From the NCBI RefSeq assembly GCF_000315625.1, contig NW_005434648.1:472974-536973 (forward strand): DNA of 64,000 nt. The letters are read 5' to 3'. The notes below the pieces were generated by a model. The model saw only the letters and a list, made by a program, of their open reading frames with translations, searched no databases and had not been told where the DNA came from. Both the position numbers and the translations under genes were made by a program. Position 1 is the first letter of the stretch. The number at the start of each line of letters is the position of its first letter. The stretch is from Guillardia theta CCMP2712 (Eukaryota; Protista; Cryptophyta). Below, piece after piece: positions 13,491-27,128 of the stretch.

Positions 13491-14849
13491 GCTGGCAGTT
13501 GGGAGTTTCCGGGAGAGAAAGGTACAATCAGACCAGTGTGCTTTCAGGAGAAGGGAGAAGGAGGAGCGGAGGGAGGGGAACAGGAAGGAGGGGGGTCAGA
13601 TGAGGATGGAAAGAAGGGAAGAGGAGGAATGGCCGGAGAGATGGACGGGGAGGACACTGGAACTTCGAAGGGCAGGCGTACGGAAGGGCCGCAACTCTAG
13701 AACAGGGGGAGGGGGTAGGGATGGGGAGTGGAAATTGCGGGGTACAAGAGGGATCTTTGGGGAGGTAGGGGTGGTAAGAAAAGAGACTGATGAGACTGTT
13801 GCGTGTGTAGTATAAGGTAGGGTGGGAGAAATTTGGAATTGCAGGGATGAGTCGATCAAGTACCGGGTGAGAACCCATAGAAAAGGGGGTAAGGGTAGTC
13901 CACGGTAGCGAGTGGCAGTGAGTGCCTGGTCAGAGGTGGGGTACTTTTTATTGCGCCCCATTGGTTTTACCAGTCGAAAACAAGACTTTTCACAGTTAAG
14001 GTCTTAGGCGATTTCATAGGAAAATTTGACGGCCTCTAGTGTTGATAAGACCAAAAATAAATTGCTGTAGACCTCTGGTAGTAATGCTAGGACCGTCATA
14101 AGGATTTCCTACCCCACAACATTGGCATCACGGGCCGCGCTAGCACGCCTCCTCGTTCAACACGCCCAGAGGACATCAAATTTGAAACTTGAAAACCTTA
14201 AGGCAGCTGAGGGGGGCTTGCTACCTCGAAAGTTGAGTGATGTTTAGCTTGAAAGTCACATGTTCGAGTGCTCTCGTTCAGTAGTAGCTCGGAACTTCAA
14301 ACTTGCCGCAAGTTGAATCTGGCCTGGCCCAGTGGGCCGGAGGTTCCGGGCCGGTCGGAGTCGTACGAGTACGGTCGCCGGGACAATTTTCGAGATGACG
14401 CATTTGACTTCGAGTAAAATTGCCGCAGGGGCGATCAATGATTGAAACCGACTTCAAGTTAGTAATAGTAACTTTGAAACTTGAAAGCCTTTCCGGGGCT
14501 CGCCGCCGCGCCAGTGTCACCTCTGGCGCGCCGCCGGGCCGGGCCCACCCGGCGGCCGGGGTCCGGGAGGCGCCAGGATTTCGCAAAGCGACCGAACAAA
14601 TGGAGGAGATGGAGGAGGTAGCAGGACAGTGAGGTTAGCAAGGGACAGGCAGTGAGAGAGGAGCCGCATCATGCTGAGAGGAGAGAGGAGAGAGCTCTAG
14701 GTGAAGAGTCTCGTTGAGAGGAAGAGGAGAATGCTTCTGAGGACATCCTTGAATAATGAACTCGGCATCGATTCCAGCATGAATTTGCCATCATGAAGAG
14801 ATTTGTAGTGACCTGATTTGCCAAGAAGGGACATCGCACTAGCAGTCAC

Positions 14850-17800
14850 ATGGAAAAGTGGAGGATGAAGATATGCAGGTCGACGTCGAACTTGTGCGCC
14901 GCCATATTCATGTTGTCTCAACTGCAATGCTGCGCAAACATTGCCAGAGGTGAAGGAGCTCGCCAATTATTTGCAGCATTGCTGCACGAGCTCAAGGCGG
15001 GTAATTCCGACTGTACATCACGTTTGGTCCTTCGGGGAGGATCTTCGAATGTTATGTTTAATGCTCATGGGAACAAAAAGTACAAGATCGAACTCACTGA
15101 TCAAGATGCTCTCAATCTTATGAATGATGTATCCGAGGAAGAATCGTTTGGATACTCGTCGCAATTCGAACCAGGCAATTTCAATGAAACCCAGAGGAAA
15201 GAGCTGGAAGGAAAGATAAACACCTTGCTAGAACGTAGCCTCTGATTGTATCATCAATTTGATGAATTCTGATACATGTCTGCTAGAAAACGCCACAGTG
15301 GAGCAGGTAGAAAACTTCCTGAATCATGCTATCGGTATGTCTTGAACAGAAGTCGAAGGGTTCTGAGGATTTGACCACAGAAACCTATGGAGAAGAAGAG
15401 GTAGACAATGCTGACATAGATGAGTATGGCCCTCATGTATGGTATGGCGACGATTATTGGAAGGTGATGCGGTGCGGCAAGCAAAATTGTCTTCTGAATC
15501 TGTTCAGATCGGAGACTTGGCGTGGTGGGATATTCCGTGGATTCAAAGACCACTGATCGGTGTTGAAACGTTGATCATGCTCCCATCAGGAGCTGATGTA
15601 TCTTTGTTGTTAACCAACAGGGCAGCTGGTATTGGACGATGGAACGAGCATCGACCTCAGGTTAGGAGGCAGGAGCGTTTGTTCCAGATCCATGAGATGG
15701 TGTCGATCAGGGAAGGAGATCTCCCCAACAGAAATCCTTACAATCCGGACCCTTCCTTGTTCGCAAAGAAAGGTGCCTCAATGTGGCACGCTGTTGTGTT
15801 TGCTCATGAAGAGACTTGAAGCTCCGAGGACGAAGCGACCAAAGGCGAATGTGACGAAACAAGATGTTGCTGGTATGCTTGCTCTATCTTGAAGAGACTC
15901 TCATCCTTCGTCTTCCTCTCGCATTCTAACTTTCTTCTCCCTGAATGTTCTCACAGACTTCTGGCACAACTTCACTGTGGTATGCGTAAAATTCAATCTT
16001 TTGTTCATTCCCCCCTCCGTCCATCCCTCATGCCGCATTTTCGTCCCCTCCCTCCGATCTTGAATATTCATTTGATCGAGAGGCCATCAGAGCATCCAGA
16101 AAAGAGACAGATCCTCCCTGTTGGATGCGCCGGAAGATGATTACGATACCTGGGTGAGAAGCGAAGAAACACCTGTAAATTGCGTCTCAGTTTGCTCACA
16201 CTCTGCATGTACAGGTTGCAACCTTCGACAAAATGTTGGACCGGAAGATTCGATGGGAGAGGTTTTCCTATTCCACCGAATGTGTCACATTTCGCGTCAT
16301 CTTTGCTTCGCAGGAAAACTCCACAAGCTTCCGACACGAATGCAACGGAGAGACAACTACTTGTAAGAAAGAGAGACTCCTGCTCCTGTTTGATTGAAAA
16401 AGAGGAGCACGTCTTGTAATGGTCTCTGGGCTGAATATTCTTCTTAGACTTCCAGTTACGAGACTACTTCAGGCATATACGACCAAATTCGAAACTGGTT
16501 GGAATCTTGATTCGCAACATTCTTTGACTCTCATCATGTTCCTATTAGTGTGATCGAACGATACGGTCGAGCGTCCGTTCCACTCGTTGGTGAAGCTGAG
16601 ATGTTGAAGTACGACAGACAAAGTTGACTCTCTTGACAGCAAAGATGGACTGGATTGTCAATTACTCAGGGACTGTCCCGATGCCAGAACCTGTGAGGCT
16701 GAGAGAGGTCAGAACCGAAGTTCTCACAGCCTTGTTGCAGAAACCTCTCGTGAAAGGAGAGATGGCGACGAGATACAACTGCTTTGTGAACATGATACTA
16801 CGTTCATCTTTCCACGTTGACAAGGAAGGCAGGGAGAGTTTGAGGACATCACTCCGTACATGCCGGACGAAGTTGATGCTGTACTGGATGACTTGTCTGT
16901 CGACGAGATGCACAAGATGCTATGGGAGGTGAGAAAGATGAGGGGTGGAGGATGTCGACTGCGATTGCCGACGGGACCAGCAATGGTGGTGAATTTGTGA
17001 GAGTATTGATTAACCCGTTTGGTTTTCAGTTTTCCAAGTTTGGTAGAGTGAAGAGTATCGCTACACTTTGCGAGGTCTTTTCTTTGAAATCTAACATATC
17101 CATTCCTCACTTGTGACTTTCGTCATGGTTTCACCTTCCAATCTTCCTTCCCCTCTTGTTCTGTTCACTCACACTATCGTCACAGGCAGGGGCCGATCCG
17201 AACGCTGTCAACGAATTCAGCTGCACAGCAATGCACTATGCTGCAAGAGAGGGATGGAGTCCGGTATAGCTCTCATTTGCATGTCTCGCCTGTTCCAAAT
17301 TCTCCTCCTTCCCCCTCCCCCCCGCTCCTCTTTCCCCTCCCGCTGCTCCCCCTTCTTCTACCATACCCACAACCAATCCCTCCTCATCGTTGCTGATTCC
17401 ACACGAAGACGATTGAGGTTCTCTACAAGTTCGGAGGAGACTTGAATGTCAAGAATGAGATTGGTGGGTTTTGGAGAATAATCACTCACACGATTGATCG
17501 TCATGACAGAAATGACTCCCTTGCATTATGCTGCGTACAACAATCGCACAGCTGCTGTGTGGGCACTTCTAAGGTACTCTCCCATCATCATCGTTCATTC
17601 TTCCTTCCTCAGTCCGCACCTCCCAATGCTACTTCTCCTCTCGTTTTCATCTGTTTCCTCCTCCTTACATCATCGAGAATCAACTCCGACAAACTCTCTT
17701 TCCCTCGTTCAAGGTGTGGAGCGGAGATTTCTGTTCGAAACTACTTCAACTTCACGGCATTGGAGCTTGCAAGCATCCATAACTTCAAGCAGATCGTGTC

Positions 17801-18228
17801 TCTGCTGGAAAGGTCGGCAGTTGCTTTCTCTGCTGCCTCCTACTAACTCCCAGATCATCTCAGCTGGGGCAACGAGGGGGCAATGAATCAGTGGGAGCAG
17901 CGCTACGGGGACATGTTCCGCCGATCTCACGACCCTGTGAACTTCAACCCGCTGATAAGGTCAGTCTGATCCTGCATGGCGAGCCTGAGATTGACGTTGC
18001 TCCTGTTGCAGCAATCATTGCAGATATGAAGATGAAGGTGACTCCGCCGAGGCGAGGAAGGCCAAGGAAGCCGAGGGAGAGAGGGTCGTGTATGAGTCGG
18101 AGGAGTCGAAGGAGCAGAGCAGCGAACAACTGTTGGGCGATACCGGCAGCTCCGGCTCAAGCTACGACGAGAACACCACCTATGGACTCCTCACGCAAAC
18201 GCTCAAGGAAATGAATGAGAGGGATTGA
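14850..18228 (+). CDS. Signal-peptide protein with C-terminal ankyrin repeats (multi-exon)
   Basis: Spliced exons give GADPNAVNEFSCTAMHYAAREG, GDLNVKNEIEMTPLHYAAYNNRTAAVWALLR and GAEISVRNYFNFTALELAS; hydrophobic N-terminus LCAAIFMLSQLQCCA. Confidence 0.7.
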
Positions 18229-18426
18229 CGATTGACGGGGAACAAAGATGTACAGTGAATGAAACAATCGAGAACTTTTTTACAAACATCGACTCGATGT
18301 CGATGTCTTCTCCACTCTCTTCAGGAATGAGAGATTTCATTACGTACACTTGTTATTACACTATAACACATCTCTGACGAGATAGCGCGCGCGTAAAATA
18401 CACAAAATCGACATTTTTCCCCTGTG

Positions 18427-19056
18427 CTAGTCTACAGGAAGACGTACGGCAATGGAGTATGACGAATTATCCATCTTGTAGCGCACTGAAGAAGGGTCCA
18501 CCCACAACACGCTGCAGGGTAGCAATGTCTCGATCTTGTTGATCCCCGCTGCCCTAGCGGCATCTACGAGAAGGGGATCGCATCTCTCGGGGGAATTGAG
18601 GACGGAGCGGAATCCCGAGGCTCTTGCTGGCTCGGAGGTGAACCAAAACTTTGAGCATCGTTGCGCAACCCTTCGCTGGACCGCATCTTCGAAGTTCCTA
18701 AGTCGTTTCTCGTCCACTTTGGCAGAAAGATGGCCCGCCCACCATGAAGCTGCCGCCCTGCACTCCTTGTCCCAGGGAATAACGTCTGATCCCTCGTCCT
18801 CATCGATTCCTGGGCCGTAAGGAGAAGATGAGACTCCGGGGCTAGTCGGTTCTGCTCCCTTAGCGATGGACGACGAAGACAGGTCCAGAGAAACCTTCGA
18901 CATGCCCACGGCCAGTTCCCCTGCCTTGCTGGGTGCTGAGGAAGGAGAAGAGGAAGGAGAAGAGACAGGAGACCATGCTGACTGAACTTCTTTGAACTGA
19001 GGAGGCGAAGCTGCTCGCCCCATGGCCATGAATGATGTCGAAGGCGCCACCAGCAT
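18427..19056 (-). CDS. BTG/Tob (anti-proliferative) domain protein, intronless
   Basis: ECRAAASWW...NFEDAVQRRVAQRCSKFWFTSEPARASGFRSV...CDPLLVDAA...LWVDPSSVRYK resembles BTG boxes A and B; Ser/Pro-rich N-terminus. Confidence 0.8.
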   Translation of the reverse strand: MLVAPSTSFMAMGRAASPPQFKEVQSAWSPVSSPSSSPSSAPSKAGELAVGMSKVSLDLSSSSIAKGAEPTSPGVSSSPYGPGIDEDEGSDVIPWDKECRAAASWWAGHLSAKVDEKRLRNFEDAVQRRVAQRCSKFWFTSEPARASGFRSVLNSPERCDPLLVDAARAAGINKIETLLPCSVLWVDPSSVRYKMDNSSYSIAVRLPVD

Positions 19057-20911
19057 TCCGGCGGTCAATAGACTTCTTGCTAGGGGGGGTGGTGTTTAAA
19101 AACCAAGGGGTGGAGGAGGCCGACGGGGGTTGTGTAACTGTTCAGGGGTATAGATTATGCTTTATCCTGATCGTAGGTATGTAGTATAGGCCTATATATT
19201 AAGATCAGAATTAAGAAATCTTGAATGTACACGAGATGCTTAAGGCATGTGATTGGGTCTTCTATATGATGGGGTCGTTTTTCTTACCTGTGGGTAGGGG
19301 GTGATGGGACCAGTGATATTGCCGGCAAACTGCGGCCTAGGTAAGACAATGGAGTCGGTGGGTGGATAAATGTGATATATAATAATTAGTCAAGTAATGT
19401 AAAGTTGAAACTTTTTGCTATATAAGTGAATTGTTTCCCTATTCTAATTACAAATCTGAGCAAATTTATTGAGTAATAATTGAGAATCTTTCCTGCATGA
19501 TGTGGATGGTTTACCCCTCCCTCGGTAATTTGGGAACACCCGTGGAGTTTTACCCCCTTTTGTGAAAATGCAACCTTTCGATGTGCACCCCACCCCATGA
19601 TCACATCAACCCTCTTGGTCCTTTTTGTAGCCACCCGGTCCTGTTCCCTGTACCTCCTTAGATTTTCGAGTACTCCACGTACCCAGCCAAGATGAACTAC
19701 CCTACCCCAATGGCTGAAATCACACACATCACCCTGTACCCATCATTCTATCTACCTCCACCCACCTCTTCATGATTTATATCCCTACACCCCAAATCTG
19801 ACCCCACCCTCCATGGTCTCGCCACGGTCCCTGGGTAGACGAACCCTTCTTCGTCCGGACCCCCAAGATCACTGCCAACAATTACTACCCACCCCACCCC
19901 TGTTTTGACTATCATTTTTGCAAATTGTATCTGCTACCTGACCCCCTAGTCTTAAGGACTCCTGCCTGCTCGTAGGCATTTAAAATTAAAATAAACTGAC
20001 CCACCTACCCTGTCACACCCACCCCATGGATTGCGCCCTCCCTACTACTGCTCACCAATTCACTGCACACCTACCCCATGAATCCCCGTGGCCTCCTGGT
20101 ACCCTACCCCTCAAGTTGGGCTACAGCAAGATCTTGTCTTGCTACCGGATACTTATGAGACAGAAGGAGGGGTGGACACAAAACTTTGAAAATTGCATTT
20201 TACTGCTCAACAATTGGAAAGTTCTGTCGGTAAAGTTTGAAACATTGTGAGATAGCTTTTGACGATTTGGTGAAGAGAAATGAAATATATTTTCAAAATT
20301 CATTTATTTATATTTCAAAAGTTGATGAGGCAGTCGAAATCTTGTTCAATGTTGAAAAAGTTCTTCCTGTTTCAAACTAGAGAAGAAATTTTCAAAATAA
20401 CTGTCAAACCCCATGAAGTTTCCACCACCGGTGATTTTTAGAGAGAAAGGAGGGGTATTTATATATTTCTAATGGACCCCTACCGTTCATGAACGAGATA
20501 GACTGACTGCAAGGGGTAGGGGCACCTTGCTCAGACGCCAAGAGCCGTCATGGTAGGGGATCAGGTACGAAAATGGAGCAGGACATGAGCATTGGATGCG
20601 GAAAAGACGGAGAGAACCAGACGAATTGAGAGAAAGTTGTACTTCATGATGCTGAGGGGAGAGGGTTGCAGTAGAATAATGTGTGCTGTTAAGAAAAAGG
20701 AATGCTGGATGCCCATATCGAGGAACTTAGGTGATAATTTTAGCAGCAGGTATGATGAGGAAGGAATTAAGTATGTATCAGTTTTTTTGTGAGGTCTAGT
20801 TAGAAAGATAATCCAGAAAGACAATGTTCTCTGTGAATACATTCGATTGTCCTCTGATCAGATTTGATTTTCTCAGGACTAGGGCTTTGCATACAGTATT
20901 GGACCTTATCG

Positions 20912-23811
20912 ATGGCGTTTGAACACATTGGAAGGCGCAACATGCGGGACTTGATCCTCGCCACTTCTTTGGCTGTAGCAGGGATTGCGCTGATAGCTGT
21001 GAGCATTGTGAGTACATGTGAGATCGCGATTCTTCCTGTGACATGCATTGCAGACTTTCAGAACACTAGCGAACAGCGTGTCATCTCCTTTCGAAGATCT
21101 GCAGCAGTGAGGAGATCAACTAATGTTTGCAGCGCTGACTTGGTAGCAGACCCTCACTCCCCCCTCATTGGCATGTGAGCCAAGACAGCCAAGGGCGGAA
21201 GTATTACTGGAACAGGAGATTGGGAACATCTTCATGGGACCCCCCAAAGGCGGAAGTGCTGCACATGTGAGCTCCCGCTAACTTGTTGTTTGTGAAATAT
21301 TATGTGGCTGAAATGATTCTGAAGAAACAAGCAACCGAAGCTTGTAGTCAACACTGATGTTCCTGGTATGGTGTCCCTCGATCTCATGGCAAATATCTCT
21401 TGACATGATGACTGCCCAGTAAAGCTGTATCCTACCAAGGCGAAGTATTTGCAGTCGCTAGCCCCATCACAGAGCGGTGGAGAAGAAGGAGAGTCAGAGG
21501 CTGGTGAAGAGGGCGATGACGACGAGCCCAAGATTCAAGATGTTACCGGTCAACCAGACTGGCCCGCTGACCTGCCCGGAGCCATGGGCGATGACACAAG
21601 CTGGATCGTTGGAATGCATCGCGAGCCGTTCTGGAGTGATAGCATGACTCACTCGTGCGGGTTGACAACTCCCTGTGAGAAGGGACGGGCAGACCGAGGC
21701 CATGGATTCCAAAAGGCCACCAACCCATGGGTGGATAAGAGGAGGACGTTCGATCAGTATTCTCAGAGTTCAGAGGCAGGCAAAAAGAATTATCCCTGGG
21801 ATCCTAGCAAGGATCCGAAGTACTACGGCAAGGCTGACTGCAGGTGCTTGTGATGAGCAGATGAAAGTGAAGGAGCTGATCGACTGCGTTTTTAGTGATG
21901 GCAAGTTGACGAAGGAGTGTTTTGAGAAACCTTCCGATGAAGAGCTGGAGAAGAAGCAGGCAGAGTGGCGTGCAAAGTACGATGAGTGGCATACAGGCAA
22001 GGGCAAGGTTGTGATGATTGCTCGGGGTTTCATCAGAGCTCACTGGTGGTTAGGAATCAAAAGAAGGTTTGGAAGAGCAACAGAAAGCCGAAGCCGCTCC
22101 AGATGAAGCCAAGGTAAAAATTTCCACTTTTGGACATTGTCCAAATGTGGATATGTGGAGCATTTCTTAGTCTTCCTTCCTTTTAGAAATCATCGGGTGG
22201 CAATGCCATTCTACACATGCCTGACGAGGTAGTGAACCCTCAAATGTTGGCGCAAGGGTAAAGTTCCCGCAGATCACTCCCTGGGCGCACTCGTTGACGA
22301 GGGGCCAACTTGCCATGAAGCAGGCAAGAGGGCAGTTCACTGGCGGCGAGCCTGTCGTCAAGTCTCTCGGCCGAGTAGTTCACAAGATTCAGGACGACTT
22401 CGCCAGGTGAGTCATTCGAGGTGATCTGATCGGTGAAAGGCTGATGGCGAAGCAGCGCCAAGAACTTGTTTTCGTCCAGCAGCTTCACAACCTTGGAGAA
22501 GAAGTTCCTCAGGGCTCGCTCGAATCACAAGAGCAGCGCTTTTCACGCGAAATATCGAACGCCTTCTCATCTACAAGCTCTCGCCTCCGAACCAACAGCA
22601 AAGGTCGTTGAAGCTCAACAGAAGAAGATCAGCATCTGGGAGTCTCCGTCGTCGGTGAAGCAGCATGGATTATACGGCAAGAGCAACAAGTTCGCTCACA
22701 AGTCTCACCATGAAGTGGAGAAAGCTGCCCCGGCACAGCCTGTTCCTGAGCAGAAGCAGCTGGCTGTGAAGGGGCCCCTGCCATCAGTCAGATCGGATGC
22801 TGAATGGGTAAAGACGCATGAGAATGCCTTCTAGCCCTCTGATTGGACTCAACTTTCAGGTTCTTTCAGAGTCAGATGCTCGAGCCAAGCAGGCAGAGCA
22901 CAAGGGCAAGGCGTCCACGAAGCCATGGGAAGAAACTCAAATCCAGAAGGGAGTGCTGCGAAGGGAAAACACACTGATGAATCTCGGTGAGGAGTGGGCA
23001 GTGAGAGGGAAAGGGTTGTGACTTGAATTATGCAGAGAGCGCTATCGAACATCACGACGACCAGCTGCTGCAGAAGCAGTCTGGTCTCACCATCCCTCAG
23101 CTCAAGGCGCTAGAGAAATCCGCGGGAGATCTTGAAAAGAAGCTGCTGGCGCAGCATGGAGGCAGTGGGGCGACGTTGACGACACAAGTGAAGCACAAGC
23201 TCAAGGTTGTCAGGCATCTCAAGGCCAAGGTGATGGCGACGCTGTCCAAGAGGGAGAAGGAGTTGTTGAGTGAGAAGGCTGGATGGAAGAGCGAGAAGGA
23301 CCTCGACCAGGCCGAGAAGTTCGCTGAGAATCTTAGCCTCGAGATCAAGAGACGCCGAGCTGAGGAGAAGCTTCATCCTCTCATCCCCAAGGGTGTCTTG
23401 AGCAGCGTCAAGACCCCGACAGACGAGGCGAAATCGGAACCTTCTCACCATCGCAAGGTAACGCACAGCTGGACTGAGCTCGTCTCGTCTCGTCCCGTCT
23501 CTTGCACGTTTCTCCTTGTGACAAACTTGTAGGAGCAGACACCGCGCGCTGCTCCTGCTCCCTCGTTCTCCAAGGACCAGGCGAAGGTTGGGAGGAACTT
23601 GCAGAGCGGATGGAGTCTGACTTGATGCTGCAGCTCGAACGAGATGAGGCTCATCTGCAGCAGATGAACTTGAAGGAGTCGCAGCTCATGTCGAGGATTC
23701 ACCAGGACCAGGTCAGTCGGTGAGCAAGAGCTGCTGGCAGCCGGTGACAGGAGGGTGCAGGAGAGGCTCATTCAAGACTTCGAGCAGAGCAAGCAGCAGC
23801 ATCACAAGTGA
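20912..23811 (+). CDS. Multi-exon hypothetical protein with an N-terminal transmembrane/signal anchor and helical C-terminus
   Basis: LILATSLAVAGIALIAVSI anchor; a series of exons separated by short introns, ending QQHHK*. Confidence 0.6.
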
Positions 23812-23871
23812 ACTTGTACATTGATTGAACTACTTACATCTTGTAAATCATCCCAGCCCTACTCTTCTTCT

Positions 23872-26514
<2,643 letters not shown>

Positions 26515-27128
26515 CCAACCGGCCAAACCCAAAAGGTCCCTGGGGCGACAGCAGCACTGCCGCACATGATGGGGTAGGGGTAGAACTCGGCAAATACAGA
26601 CCCTTAACAATCACCAGATCAGGTACTGAAAAACAGGGGTGAAAAATCATGAAGGTCACTTTCATGGGGTGGGCAGTATCACCCCCTGGTACAAAAGCAG
26701 TATTTTAGGGCAAGGGGTCAGTGCTAACTAGTAGTAACATGAGGGGAGCAACGTATCGCAGGAGATACTTCCGTCAGGTGACTTTCGTGCTCGGAGGTTC
26801 CGACAAGTTCCGGCCCGGAGCCTCCGGCGGCCCGTTTGGTACCTCAGGGCCATTTGACTGAGTGAGTCAGATGGGCAGTTGGAAGGCTAAAAAAACATCA
26901 AATTTGAGAGGTGGCATCCGGGAAGCCGAGAACTCCGACTGGGAATCATGGCATTTTACTCAAAGTTAAGTTAAATTGTACTAGGGAAGACTACCAGGGT
27001 GTGTGTCTTTCATAAAGGGGGAGGGGTACCAGCCGATAGTCGTAGTCTTCGTGAGGAGGAACGAGGGAGTTCGCAGGCCCTGAGAGCAGCAGCAGCAGCA
27101 GCAGCAGCAGCGCTGAGCAGCAAACATC

